Assembly: GCF_006345805.1 (NCBI RefSeq)
Contig: NC_043016.1
Span: 5,766,001-5,830,000 of the forward strand
Length of the DNA stretch: 64,000 bases
Direction: 5' to 3'
From: Octopus sinensis
Lineage: Eukaryota
Positions 39,790 through 54,331 of this stretch are shown piece by piece. Each line of letters begins with the position of its first letter. Position 1 is the stretch's first letter. The notes beneath the pieces are model-generated. The model saw only the letters and a program-made list of their open reading frames with translations. It did not search any database and was not told where the DNA came from. A program made the position numbers and the translations under genes.

Positions 39790-40428
39790 AAGATGGGGAG
39801 CCTTGGAAGATTCTAGTCAAACAAGTCAACCCAAATACCATTTTCCTTTAAAGCCTGGTACTTATTCTGTCGCTCTCTTTTTGCTGAACCACTAAGTTAC
39901 AGGGATATAAACACACCAACACCAGTCATCAAGCAGTGGTGGGGGACAAACACAGACATACAAATATACATCTTTATATATAAAAGAAAGGTTGTGTGTC
40001 TGTCTACTCCGATTTAGATTCCTAACTACTCCCACATTTTGCGGTGCAGTTTAACCAAAACCGGGTATCTTATAGTCGTGATTCATATCGAGCCCTTCTG
40101 GGTATTAGTGCGCGTCTACGATTAGTCTACGATTAAAAAAAAAATTTACCATATTTTTTTCCATTTTTAATGCATTTTTTTGGTATTTTTTGGCTATAAC
40201 TCTCTAAAAATGCTTATATAGTTATTTCCCTTACAAACCCGAGCAATGCCGGGTGATACTGCTAGTACATATATACAATGGGCTTCTTTCCATGTAGCAC
40301 ATCCCTCACAAGGCTTTGGTTGGCCTAAGACTATGGTTGAAGACACTTCCCCAAGGCACTACACCATGGAACTGAAACCAGAACTATGTGGCCGGAAAGC
40401 AAACTCCCTACCACACAGCCATGCCTCA
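39790..40428 (-). mobile_element. SINE family A split by a Helitron-like insertion
   Basis: Tail half about 39790-39970, head half about 40266-40428. Confidence 0.75.
39971..40265 (+). mobile_element. Non-autonomous Helitron-like element
   Basis: A|TC start, subterminal hairpin CCCGagcaatgcCGGG, CTAG|T end, no TSD. Confidence 0.8.
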
Positions 40429-40897
40429 TATTCTTTAAATACTATGTATATACACACAAAAAGAAAAAAAATGTCCAAATATATTTCTCATTAGTTTATG
40501 ACTTCAAGTGTACATTTAAATTTTTTAAATAGTTAAGATTTAATATGAATGTTTTGTAGCAGAAATTTACCTAGTATGAAAACTCTCATATAAACTTACA
40601 TTAATTATTTAATGTACATATATATATATATGAATTTAATTTAATTATCTAAACTAGATTATTTTAGTGCAATTTAAAGAATGATGACCAGTGCGTGGGT
40701 AAATTATATAACTTCCACAATTTGTTGTTGTTGTGTTATTGTAGTAGTAGTAGTAGTAGTGTGATGATTCATAATAACACTGACTATAAGAACAATAACA
40801 ACCAAAAAGCAGCATGAATGTGCACATATGCATGCACACAACACATATATACACACATACACATACGTATACACACATACAGATATATATATATATT

Positions 40898-41128
40898 ATT
40901 TCTTTACTACCCACAAGGGGCTAAACACAGAGGGGACAAACAAGGACAGACAAACGGATTAAGTTGATTACATTGACCCCAGTGCATAACTGGTACTTAT
41001 TTAATCGACCCCCCGGAAAGGATGAAAAGCAAAGTCGACCTTGGCGGAATTTGAACTCAGAACGTAGCGGCAGACGAAATACGGCTACGCATTTTGCCCG
41101 GCGTGCTAACGTTTCTGCCAGCTTGCCT
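40898..41128 (-). mobile_element. SINE family B
   Basis: Matches 36250-36480. Confidence 0.85.
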
Positions 41129-41575
41129 TATATATATATATATCTACCCATACACAAATACATGTATGTATTGCGTGTGTCTCTCTTGGATTTACTTGGT
41201 GACCACACTAGAGCTAGTGCCACATAAAAAAGGCACCGAGTACATTCTGTAAAGTGACTGACATCAGGAAGGTCTTCCAGCCAACAAAATCATGCCAAAA
41301 CAGACGCTGGGGCTCAGTGCAGACCTCTGACCTGTTGGCTGCTGTAAGACCACTCAACTTATGTCAGTATGGAAGACAGACTTTAAATGATGATGATGAT
41401 GTGTGTCTGTGTGTGTGTATGTACATACACATACATAGATATATACATATATGTGTGTATGTATGTACATACATATACATACATTCATACTTACATACAC
41501 ACACATACATACATTCATACTTACATACACACACATAAATATACAAGCATACACATACATACATATAAACATACA

Positions 41576-42244
41576 TCTATAATAATAAATGCCAAAATGA
41601 ATTTCTGTGTGTCAGTGTGTCACTCTTTGACCTATTTTCTCACTATTCAATGACACTTCTACTATTCCACATATTGGGGTGAGAGTTATAGTAGGCATAG
41701 ACATGCTGAGGGCAGGCAGTAGTAGCTTGACGGTTGTGATGGTAATAGGGTGATAGTAATAGTATGAGTTGTAGTTGTGATAGAGGCAGAGGCAATGGTG
41801 ATGATGGTGGTTGTGGAGGCGGTCAGGGATGCCGGTGATAGTAAGTGATGTGAAAGAGTGACGGTAGCAGAGGAGAAGATGGTGAAGTCAAAGGTATTGA
41901 CGGTGGTGGTGACAGAAGTCTGAATGGTGTGTGTATGGCACTTGTGGTGGTGATAGTGGTGATGGTTGAAAACAATCTACAGAGAGAGAGAGAGAGAAAG
42001 AAAGAGGTTAGATAGAAAAAAAAATTGTACTGATCTCTGAATGGGAAGTTGAAAAATGTTTATCATGCAGCTTTGCAATAAGTTCCAAGTCAACAAATTA
42101 TGTCATTGTTTTGATGAAAATTGTTCATTGCTTGAAAAATATTGGTCAAGTTTAATAAAATTTAATGTGTACGCAATGCATGAAGTATCCTCCACAGGAG
42201 CCCTCCAGCATAAAAGTTACCTGGTAAGGCAACTTTTAAGCTAG
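41576..42244 (+). mobile_element. Probable non-autonomous Helitron-like element
   Basis: A|TCTATAATAATAAA start and CTAG|T end; GGT-rich interior. Confidence 0.55.
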
Positions 42245-43779
42245 TTAATAAATATAGTCACCTATATACACACAAGTATATGTCAGTATGAGCAAAATGC
42301 GCCCCCTCCAATGGACGGTGCTGAGTTGTCAAACATTTAAACCAAATTTTCTCAAAACAACTTGGGCAAAATCTTCTCCTATAGCTTTGGACTAACCATG
42401 ACTTTTGAGTGGATTTGGTAAAAGGAAATGAAAATCTGTTGTGAGTAAAAGTTGAGAAAGAGAGGGAGAGAGAGTGGGTCTCTCTCCCTCTTATCCAAGG
42501 TTATATACACATTTTGACTAATTAAAACCAATGGGCTTTCACACAGTTTCTGTCAATAAAATTCTACTCCTCAGGTTTTAGTCAACCTGACACCAAAACA
42601 TTTGTGCAAAGTATCATGAAGTAGAATTGAAACCAGGAACCATGCAATTGTGAAGCAAACATTTTACCCACACACCCATGACAATGTAACTTTGACTGAA
42701 ATAAAAATTAAAAAAATAAAGGATGTGAGGGTCAAGAATGCAAGATCCATGATTTGCATATCAGCTTTTTTTAGGGTTCACCTGGCCTAAACCAGAACTC
42801 TACTGTTCCTTTCCACAAAATTCAGTTTCATTAGAAAACAGCCTATATTAATAACCAACTGTACATCAATATAGCTCGCTGGCCTATTGTCTTACTGGAC
42901 ATTATCCTTATTTAAACCTTTTTAGTATTCAGTTTTCTCTGTCAAATTCAATGTGTATTTATTTTGCTGATGATACGTTCAAGGCACCCGTGGAAGCGAC
43001 ACATTAAGGAACTCATAGCAGTAACATGTTAAAGGCACTATGCTGGTGACATGTTAAAAGCACCGGGTATACTCTGTGGAGTAGCTGGCATTAAGAAGGG
43101 CTTCCAACCTTAGAAACCAGGCCAAAACAGACGGTTGGAACCTAGTGCAACTCTCTAGTTCACCAGCTCTCATCATCATCATTGTTCGACTGTGGAATTT
43201 ACTATGTTACGCCAGACTTCACGGTCCATCACCAGCTCTAGTCAAACCATCGAACCCATGCCAGTATGGAAAACGGATGCTAAATGATGATGCTAATTCA
43301 CATTGCTCTGAATTAATCATGCATTATCTCACAGCTTTGGGATTTCGATGATGTGACTGAATACTTTTAGTCTGACATTGTAGGGTAGGTGTAAGAAGCC
43401 TGATCTTGACAATTTGAACATAAAACAGGTAGAATATTTGGGCTGGATATGACTGTTTTAAATGCTGAAGGGTTAATTGTTCCTGAAGTAATTAAAATAT
43501 AATAAAAAGGGCAGGAGGACAGCAGGTTAAATGCATTACAACATTCAATTTCGTTCTTCTATAAATCCAAATGTGGGTTCAAATCATGTCTTGGATTGAT
43601 TTGAGTCTTCTTATCACTCGAGGGATTAAGGAAATCATTATTTAGTAATTCATGTACAAGGGTTAATTACGTCAACTGTAGGCCAGTCTTCTTACACATG
43701 TCCTAATGTCCAATGATGAAATCAATATCTTTGTTAATGGAAATAAATGATATTATACACACATACATTACATGTATAC

Positions 43780-43823
<44 letters not shown>

Positions 43824-44219
43824 AGCTGAAATAGGTAGTACTTGAACTATCTAAGAGGCTAATTGCTAAATTGTCCATTTCTTTTATTTAAAAATATATT
43901 GCAACACTCACGGACATACAAAACACAAAACACCTATCACAAATCTTTCACATGCTCACTGCATTAAAAAAAAAAAAAGAAAAGAAAAAACAAGAAAAAA
44001 TAAAATAAAAAAATACACACACATATGCACAAATATATACACTGAAGCACAAAGGCCCAGAAAGTATCAGGTACAACGGAGATTTCTCAATGTTATTCAA
44101 TAACGCAATTGAAGAGCCATAAAAAAGCCAGACATGTCTCAAAGGAATAACCTTTATTGTGTTAATAATTCAATTTGACCTCTACGAAAAAATTGAGTTA
44201 AAATTCTAATGTTCCTACC

Positions 44220-44436
44220 ATATGTTGAGAGCAGCTGTTAAATGAAAAAGTGCGTGTGTGTGTTCGTGTGTGTGTGTGTGTGTGTTTGTGTGTTCGTGTG
44301 TGTGTGTATGTGTTCGTGTGTGTGTGTGTGTGTATCATCATCATTGTTTAATGTCCACTTTCCATGCTAAATGTACACATGTATATAAATGTAAAAGTAT
44401 GTGTGTGTATGCATGACTCTGAATACATACAAACAC

Positions 44437-44484
<48 letters not shown>

Positions 44485-44618
44485 GACATATATATATATA
44501 GTTTATAAGGAGTGCATGTTTGTAGCATGTGAATGTGTATGAGTATGTATATGAAACACATGCATATATGTACATATATATACATATGCCTATATATATA
44601 TATATACATATACATATG

Positions 44619-44663
<45 letters not shown>

Positions 44664-44760
44664 GCCTATTATATATATATATATATATATATGCATATAT
44701 GCACATACATATATATGCATATATGTACATATATATATATATATATATGCATATATGTAC

Positions 44761-44794
<34 letters not shown>

Positions 44795-44886
44795 GTACAT
44801 ATATATACATACATACATATATATATGCAATATGTCCATATATATACATACATATATATGCCTATATGTCCATATATATACCACAC

Positions 44887-44928
<42 letters not shown>

Positions 44929-44935
44929 AACATAT
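44220..44935. repeat. Compound (GT/CA/TA)n microsatellite block
   Basis: Directly visible; similar blocks at about 3820-4090 and 61205-61650. Confidence 0.95.
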
Positions 44936-45414
44936 GAGAGAGAAAGGAATGGGGTGTCATGTAATACCTCTCCTCTAGTACTCATGATAATCAATCATAA
45001 ACGGCGTGTGGGTGTGTGTCCCACCACCACCACCACCACCACCACCATCCTGACAGACAATAGCCCTGACTGGAACTGGCCATAGTGAGTGTTATCAATG
45101 CTTACTGGTAAGGGAAGAGAGGAAAACAAAAGCTGCACACTAAACCACGACCACCACCACCATTTGTTTGGCCTGTGATCACACCCTAGGGAAGTGGAAA
45201 GCCAGTTGTTCATTTATTTACTACAGCCAACCTACACTCACAACCACAACGCACCACCACCATTACACTGCTACAGTAACTCTACAGAAACACCGCATTA
45301 TACCACCACTGTACCCACACCAACACTTTACCATGCTACACTATACACCTCAGTAGACACCACACTCGACTACAACACCTACCCCAGCCTTCTTGCTTCA
45401 TGTTACAAGTGCAG

Positions 45415-45462
<48 letters not shown>

Positions 45463-46544
45463 ATATAATAAATAAAACATATGCATCCATACATACATAT
45501 ATGTACATACCTACATCTATATGTATATATACATGCATATGTGAGTACAGGACACCACAAATAAACGTAGAACACAACGAGAAACGAACACATAAAATCA
45601 AACAAGGAAACGGACTTTTTTTAACAACGAAAAAACAGAGTACAAGACAAACAATACAAGGAATGTTCCCCTTCATCAGCTATATATGTATGTATGTATG
45701 TTGTGCAATGAAAGCCTTCTGCTGCTGCCATAGCTACAGTAATTGCTTCTAAGTCAGTGAACTATTTGAGTAAACTACAATGTTGTCAGTTCAAACCATG
45801 ATGCAGAAACCACAGCAAATATTTGTGGTTGCAGCCATCTCTGTTCTTCAGTTCCGAGGAAGAATGAAAATACAACAAACAATTTTCCCTTGGTTGAGTT
45901 GTCGGTTTTTTTTACCACTCGCCAAACCTGATCAAGCAAACCTATAATCGAATGTAAATTGCAGTAGGACTTTCCCCGGTGGTTGCTGAGATAAACAAAC
46001 AGCTTTTGTTGTTATTTTAGCTTTATGAAAGGCAGTGAGCTGGCAGAAACCGTTAGCATGCTTAGCAAAATGCTTAGAGGCATTTCATCTGTCTTTACAT
46101 TCCAATTTCAAATTCTACCAATGTTGACTTTGCCTTTCATCCTTTTAGGATCAATAAAATGAGTACCAGTGAAGTACTGGGATCAATGTAATCAATTACT
46201 CCTCACCCAAAATTGCTGGCCTTGAGCCTATAATAGAAAGGATTATTTCAGCTCTATGTGAGAGATGGCTGAATGGTTGACGTTGAAACTGATTTCCCTG
46301 AAATCATGGTTGGCCACTGAGATTTTCAATCATAGAACCACATAATCCACATAACAGCAATTGTGTGTGTGTGTGTGTGTGTGCGCGCACACACACCCTT
46401 CTGAGGTTGATTGTTTTCAGTCTTCTGTGAAAATATGTCTGGCCGTGGGAAAATATTTCTTTGTTTGAAAACAAGTGAGGGTTGGTGACAGGAAAGGCAT
46501 CCAGCTATGGAAAATCCACTTCGATAAGCATGGAAAAGTGGATA

Positions 46545-46865
46545 CTCTTTTACTTGTTTCAGTCATTTGACTGCGGCCGTGCTGGAGCACCGCCTTTAGT
46601 CGAGCGAATCAACCCCACGACTTATTCTTTGTAAGCCCAGTACTTATTCTATCGGTCCCTTTTGCCAAACCGCTGAGTTACAGGGATGTAAACACACCAG
46701 CATCAGTTGTCTAGCAATGTTAGGGGGGACAAACACAGACACACACACATATATATATACATATACATGACAAGCTTCTTTCAGTTTCCATCTACCAAAT
46801 CCACTCACAAGGCTTTGGTTGGACCAAGGCTATAGTAGAAGACACTTGCCCAAGGTGCCATGCAG
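46545..46865 (-). mobile_element. SINE family A, head-truncated
   Basis: Matches 33745-34065. Confidence 0.85.
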
Positions 46866-46876
46866 TTAAGTAATGA

Positions 46877-46907
<31 letters not shown>

Positions 46908-47139
46908 TGAGTGTGTGTGTTTGTTCAAATTCTGCAAAGGTCAATTTTGCCTTTCATCCTTTCAGGGTCAATAAAACAAGTACCACTTGAACTGTGGGCA
47001 ACAGACTTAACTCCTCTCCCAAAATTGTAGGCCTTGTGCCAAACTTTGAAATCATTATTATTATCATAGATGTGTATGTATGAAAATATACATAAAAATA
47101 TATATGAAGAAAATTAAAGAGAGGAAGAAAATGTGCATG

Positions 47140-47183
<44 letters not shown>

Positions 47184-49397
47184 TTACATATGCACACATT
47201 GAACAAAGCAAGAACATTTTACAAAAGGTAAAACAATTATGTTATTTTAACAGGGCCACATAACAATCCTTTCTATTGTAGGCACAAGGCTTGAAATTTG
47301 TTGGAAAGGGATTAAAATCAATTATATTGATCCCAGGACTCAACTAGTATTTAATTTATTGATCTCGGAATGACAAAAGGCAAAGTCAACCTTGGCGAAA
47401 TTTGAACTTAGAACTTAGCGCAGACAAAATGTCAAAAGGACCACATAATAATTGCAGAGTTAAAGACTGTGTGTTTAGGAGTTTCTTGTAACATATTTGG
47501 GGCAATATTCTCTGTTTAAACTTCTCTAGTTCTTACTTTAACTGGAGTTTGTTGCATATAAATGAAAGAGTTGATTATAAGAAACTGAGTTACTCAAACC
47601 CCTAGAAACAACAGCCAAATCAGATCACATATGATTGATCACAGGGCATTGCAGGCATGACTGTCTCATTGTTTCAGAGGCATCTAAGGTGGCATTATTT
47701 AATGTGGTGTTTTCTTACTGAAGACAGTAAAGTGTGATTTGAGGGAGATCAGGTTGCTATTTCTACCAAGTTGATTAACCACATAGAAGGCCCCTGTTTA
47801 TAAAACTGTGTAAGAATGCTTGTTCTGTGGAGTGGTGGACAGGTGTGGGTTTGTGTGGGTGTTGGTCGGTCAGCGTAACTGTACTAATTAGACAGCAAAC
47901 CTAATTCTTCAGTCAAGCAGAAGAACTGATGGAGTGGTGAGTAGTTAAGAAAACATAACAGTTGACTTAACACTGACTTAGCAATTTAGTTCAAGATTCT
48001 TGTGTGAAGTCAAACAGAAGAGAGTATGATGGAGGGTTAGTGTTAGGGTTGGGGTTAATAAAGGACATAGGAACCATGTGTTGTTGCTGAGATGACTCTA
48101 GGGAGTGTTGGTAAACTGAGGCTGAGTGAAAGTGAGAAAGAGGAGAAGAAAGAGAAAAAGAGAGAGAGGGTGACTGAAATAAGGGGTACAGAGGAAGGGA
48201 TAGAGAAAAAGTGACTGAAAAAAAGAGAGATTTTGATACAGAAGATTGTGGACAGCAGTCTTTCTGCTGAATAGTTAAATGAGAGAGACTGGAAATGTGA
48301 AACTCAAAGTAACAGTTACTTAAGTTATTAGCTTACAATGTATGCGTGTGTGTGTACATACATATATAAAATTGTTACCAGTTCAATATGCTAGAGGCAT
48401 ATTCAGACCCTAAAGAAAGCCATTCACTGTATTTTGTCACGGAGAAAAACTCTAGTATTTGATAAGCATATTTGAACTGGCAACAAATTTGTATTTCAAC
48501 ACATCATTGCTTAGTGTTTCCATTTCGTGTGTGTGTCTATATAAGTTAGATGGAGCTGAATCAAATTGTTATTAAATAAATATTAATATGAGATCTTTTC
48601 TGACTGGCTGCTAGTTTTCAGTCTCTTCAATTTCTATTCGAATTTATTTCATATTCAGTGTAATGATGTAGTTTTATATGCTAATCAATGCCATGAAATT
48701 CCTTCTCACCACAAACCAATAGGTAAAGAGTTATTAACTTCTAAAGTTTGCAAATTTTGGGTAATCTTTAGCCAATCGTAAGCCACAGACACATTCATGC
48801 CTGTTTCCATAGTAACAAACCAAACATGAGAACTCTTTTGTCTGCGAGATAGCATGTATTGACAAATGTCTACATGAAAGCACTTGGTTCAACACTATTT
48901 TCTGCCAGTTGTATCCTGGTCAAGAAATGTGCTAAAAATAACAGCCAAATAGGCCTTAGATTAAATCATGCACCTCAAAACTGTTGGCTTTTTTTTTTTT
49001 TTTTTTTTGCATAATCATATGATTTCCCAAGTGTAAAATACAAATTTGCAAAAATTTTCTGAAAATTCCCAAAAATGAAAAGTTATGAGGGATCAAATGT
49101 TGTGAGTAAAGAGGAAGTTGATTTATTTACAGTTTCAGATTAAAATATGTCATGCAAAAAATGACAGCAAAAGATGACTGGGTGAAAATGATCAAATTTT
49201 AAACCTCTATAACATTTAAAAAAAAATTTTCTAGAAAAGGTGAAATATCTCCTGAGATTCAGCTCAGAAATCTACATTACATTTTAAAATTTTCAATAAA
49301 CTTTGAAATTTCCCCATCTGCAGACAAACAGCAAAGATTCATCAAACGTAACTCTTACTGAATGTGGTGAACACCACTGTCCTTCATCTGTTCACTG

Positions 49398-49910
49398 TCT
49401 GTGTGTGTGTGTGTGTGTCTGTATGTATGCATGCATGCGTTTGTGTGTATGTATGTATGTATGTATGTATGTATGTATGTATGTATGTATATATGTATGT
49501 ATGTATGCATGTATGCATGTATGCATGTATGTATGTATGTATGTATGCATGTATGCATGTATGTATGTATGTATGTATGTATGTATGTATGTATGTATGT
49601 ATGTATGTATGTACGTATGTATGTATGCATGCATGCATTTGTATGTATGCATGCATGCATTTGTGTGTATGTATGTATGTATGTATGTGTTTGTATGTAT
49701 GTATGTATGTATGTATGTATGTGTGTATGTATGTGTTTGTACGTATGTATGTATGTATGTATGTATGTGTTTGTATGTATGTATGTATGTATGTATGTAT
49801 GTGTGTATGTATGTGTTTGTACGTATGTATGTATGTATGTATGTGTTTGTATGTATGTATGTATGTATGTATGTATGTGTGTATGTATGTGTTTGTACGT
49901 ATGTATGTAT
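49398..49910. repeat. (ATGT)n tetranucleotide array with higher-order repeats
   Basis: Directly visible; GTGTTTGTACGT blocks recur. Confidence 0.95.
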
Positions 49911-50198
49911 CAATCATCATATCTTGTATTGAGTACAGTCTTCCCTTACTTGCTTAGGCAATTTTTTGTGTATATGTGGAAAAGTGAAAGAGAAGATGTC
50001 TCCATATCGAAAAGCAGATAATACTTCTGAGGAACATTTACACAATCACTAAATTTACCAAAAATAGAAAACCAAATCTTATTCAGATCACACCATATGA
50101 GAAAAGGACAGCAAATTTCTGGGTTCTACACACAAATGGAATGGCCATGACTAGAAAACACTTAATGTAAATTAAACAATAAAGAAATTTAACTTTAA

Positions 50199-50649
50199 TA
50201 GGCGCAGGAGTGGCTGTGTGGTAAGTAGCTTGCTTACCAACCACATGGTTCCGGGTTCACAGTCACTGCGTGGCATCTTGGGCAAGTGTCTTCTGCTATA
50301 GCCCCGGGCCGACCAATGCCTTGTGAGTGGATTTGGTAGACGGAAACTGAAAGAAGCCTGTCGTATATATGTATATATATATATATATATATGATATATA
50401 TATATATAAACTGGTTCATAGATAATAAGAGTGAAATTCCTTATTAACTCTTTTACTTTTTCAGTCATTTGACTGCGGCCATGCTGGAGAACCACCTTTT
50501 AGTCGAGCAAATTGACCCCGGGACTTATTCTTTGGAAGCCCAGTACTTATTCTATCGGTCTCTTTTGCCGAACTGCTAAGTGACGGGGACGTAAACACAC
50601 CAGCATCGGTTGTCAAGCAATGCTAGGGGAACAACACAGACACATATAC

Positions 50650-50703
<54 letters not shown>

Positions 50704-50957
50704 ATGTGTTTGTGTTTGTGGTTTGTGTTTGTTCCCCTAGCATTGCTTGACAACCGATGCTGGTGTGTTTACGTCCCCGTCACTTAGCAGTTCGGCAAAA
50801 GAGACCGATAGAATAAGTACTGGGCTTCCAAAGAATAAGTCCCGGGGTCAATTTGCTCGACTAAAAGGTGGTTCTCCAGCATGGCCGCAGTCAAATGACT
50901 GAAACAAGTAAAAGAGTTAATAAGGAATTTCACTCTTATTATCTATGAACCAGTTTA
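50199..50957 (+). mobile_element. SINE family A containing a 550-bp inverted duplication
   Basis: Head 50199-50365 (+); 50407-50640 is the near-perfect reverse complement of 50725-50957, including unique flank. Confidence 0.9.
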
Positions 50958-51182
50958 GAAGGCTGGTTGAAGTGGTTGTGGTCATGGCACCTGTCTTTCA
51001 CATATTGTGAAAGGTAAAAATTATCAAATATTTAAATATTCTTTCAGTAGTTCCAATCATTGAACTGTGGTCGTCTACAACCAAGAACAGTAGTCATTCA
51101 CCTCAACTCCTAAGTATACATTTCTTTCTTGTACTTAAGTTATCAAACAGCTAAGTTACAAATGTGGTGTAGAGAAACATAC

Positions 51183-51512
51183 ATCATCATCATCATTGTT
51201 CGACCGTGGTCGAGACAATGGAATTTACTATGTTACGCCAGACTTCACAGTCCATCATAGCATTACGGAGATCCTGTTGCTGGATGCCTGTATCCCTGGA
51301 GATTACATCAGGGTAGGAGAGTGTGCGGCCTCTGGTATTGCGAGTAGATGGCTTCCAGAGGAGAAGAGTAGAAATTACCTCGTTTTCAGTTCTACAACAA
51401 TGTCCAGCAAACAGGACTCTTCTACCTTTCACAAGAGATGACACAGGTGGTAGTTTCCCATATATTTGCATTTTGGTTGGATGGCGCTTCCATGAGAGAT
51501 TTACACTGGTAA
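51183..51512 (-). mobile_element. 5'-truncated RTE-clade LINE 3' end
   Basis: LFAGHCCR...LLLWKP...AMMDCEVWRNIV, (GAT)n tail; a tiny copy lies at about 43172-43230. Confidence 0.8.
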
Positions 51513-52144
51513 ACACAATTTTTCCATTATATCATGAATTGCTTTCTTGATGCTATACAGCTGACGTTGAGAAATGGATTGCTGTGAAGGGAAAATGAAT
51601 CACTGATACCAGAAGTAGGCCTGAAGTTGACAATTTTATGACATCCTCCTCAACCTGGATTTTAATAAAGGTATAAATTTAACTGATAAACAATTATTGA
51701 TTAAATGAATTGAAAGATTATTAATTTCAAATCATAATTAAACAGCGGCGGTGCCCCAGCATGGCCACAGCCTTCGGGCTGAAACATTTTTAAGGATTTT
51801 AAGGATATGCCCCAGAGTTATTGTTGGTTGTAAATTTCGGAACAAATAAGAATTTAAAGGTTACAAAAAAAAAAGAATAGAAAAATGTAATAAAATAATT
51901 GCTAGACAAAAACATACAAGAAAATAATATCTTTGAAGAAAAATAAAATTATAATAATATTGATTAGTATTTGCACCTAGCAGTATTACTCTTTACTTGT
52001 TTCAGTCATTTGACTGCGGCCATGCTGGAGCACCGCCTTTAGTCGAGGAAATCGACCCCGGGACTTTCTTTGTAAGCCCAGTACTTATTCTATCGGTCTC
52101 TTTTGCCGAACCGCTAAGTAATGGGGACATAAACACACCAGCAT

Positions 52145-52244
52145 NNNNNNNNNNNNNNNNNNNNNNNNNNNNNNNNNNNNNNNNNNNNNNNNNNNNNNNN
52201 NNNNNNNNNNNNNNNNNNNNNNNNNNNNNNNNNNNNNNNNNNNN
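52145..52244. other. Assembly gap (100 N)
   Basis: Run of N; the left contig ends inside a family A SINE (about 51988-52144). Confidence 1.
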
Positions 52245-52420
52245 GGAGGTAATCAGGAAGATTTTTAGCAAAAAAAAAATGTGGAAAAGTATGATCATTT
52301 TGTAGATTTTTTTTTTAATGCCGGCAACGTGGATTAACTCTTAACGTATAATTCGTGAATTAGAGGGTTAGATTTGCGATATAAACCTTTATTTCCCATC
52401 GTACATGGACAGATTTGCTA

Positions 52421-53547
52421 TCTTACTATAACGGACGTTATGTCCGCCTGCTGTCCGTCCTTTGTCTGTTCCCTCTTCACGGTCAGACGACCGGACCAAT
52501 GGTACGACATGTTCGGGATTACAAAGACGGTCGTTAGAAAGGTTTTAGATTAAAAAAAAAATCAGAAAAGTATGATTATTCGTGGATATCGATTTTTGAA
52601 TTCATAAACCACCTTCGCATTTTTATTAAAAATTCATCGACCACGAGTAACTCTGGATTTTTATCGTATTGCTCGTGGCCCGTCGTAGATCCGAAGGGCG
52701 TAGCGAAGACGGTTAGTAGCGAAAATAAAACGGAAAAAATGTGTGTCAGTATATAGAGTATGTGATTATTTAGTGGTTAGTGAAGTGTGTCAGTCTCGAG
52801 TAAGATTCGAAATAGCTAATCGAAGCGGCTGTTGTTTACGTCTCAGTTTTGTCAATCAAAATAAGCCATGGTACCAGAACATCCAGACATTATTCGCATA
52901 GAATAGTGAGAGGTTTTTTGCAACCCTAAAGATTCCACTCGCGCATTCACAGCAAACAAGGCACCGGGCCAAACTTTAGATCGTGTAGGTGTATTATTAC
53001 CCACTCCTATGTTTTACACACGTCACTATGAGTAGAGCAACGAACTCCAGTAATTTGAAAATTAGTGTCGACCTAACAGAAAATATCGTCTACAAATATG
53101 TTTTGTAATTATACTGATATTATCGGAAGGAATATGATTCATAATTTAAATATGGAAATTTGTGAACTTTGAATGTATACGAATATGAAGAAGCGTAAAA
53201 CAGCGTAAACAACTAAAATAAAAGTATATCTAAATAACATTTTTCTTAATACTTTTTTATGTAGTGGTCGAAGGAAGCTCTGGCTTTTGTTAGGAATGGT
53301 CCACATGACTATTCATGATACAGAGGCTGGGAGCCTACTTCAGTTCGGGAGTGAATCGTCAACACTTAGTCGCAAACACATGTCATATAATTGCAATAGA
53401 ATGCTATATCACCAACAATTATGTGATTTCTCTAAGACATCACCCAGTAATCGATCAAGTCCATTTACACATTTCTCAATACAAACTGCTGTTATGACTT
53501 CCTTTCCTCATTTTATACCTCCATCGTAGATTAAGTAGATTTGCTAG
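52421..53547 (+). mobile_element. Internally deleted Helitron with a remnant of the PIF1-like helicase C-terminus
   Basis: TC start and CTAG|T end; about 52935-53108 reads AFTANKAPGQTLDRVGVLLPTPMF/VTMSRATNSSNLKI...TENIVYKYVL*, resembling RepHel AMTINKAQGQTL...YVALSR...NIVYKEVL. Confidence 0.8.
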
Positions 53548-54288
53548 TAATAATAATATACCTAAAAGCTGGGGAGTCGACTTAATCGACTACACCACCA
53601 CCCCCTCCTAAAATTACTGGTTTTGCATCTAAATCAGAAACAATTATTATAGTTGTGTCCAATTTTTTAACAAGGCGAGCTACAACAGTATAAATTACCT
53701 AACTACAACAATGTGTGCATGTGGCATGTTTGAATCTTAAGTTAGACGGTGAGGTGCTTTTTGAATTAATTTGTGGACTCGCGCGGTTTCAAGGTGAATG
53801 CGTCCTTCCTGTCCAACACCAAAGTCACGTGTCAAAAGTTTCATTAGTGATCGTTGTCCCGCCGGCAGGGAAGGCAATGTTTATGTGTCTTATGGCCTTG
53901 GCGAAAGAGATTGTGTGGCAGACGACCAGACTGAAAGAGCTCAGCCCTTTTCAGGTTTCATTTGAAACGGAAATTTAGGGTACAGAGGGTAGAGCTGTCA
54001 CTCCAGAAAATTTATTTAAAGTTAGATGAGAGTGACAAATATGGCGAACTCTGGGCAAGGGTCCGTTTGAAGAAGAACAACATAGGAAAAGCATTGTCCT
54101 TAGCGGTTAGGATGACCGTAGGTTTGTGGGGTTTCTACCACTAACTCTCAAAAATCCCAACACAATTTGCTGAACTATTCCTTTCGTGATTTTTTATTGT
54201 CTACATGCGTTCATCTAACCCCACATAGTATTGTACTGTCTCCTCCTCGCTCATTTTGTAAATCCTTATAACAAAACAATTATTATTA

Positions 54289-54331
<43 letters not shown>

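Noticed and set aside
45545-45682. CTGATGA motif on the minus strand as a hammerhead
   Set aside because: No GAAA(C) closes a stem II at a plausible distance
48030-48060. Interstitial telomeric repeat (also about 59152-59175)
   Set aside because: Only one or two degenerate TTAGGG units; the second lies inside a MITE
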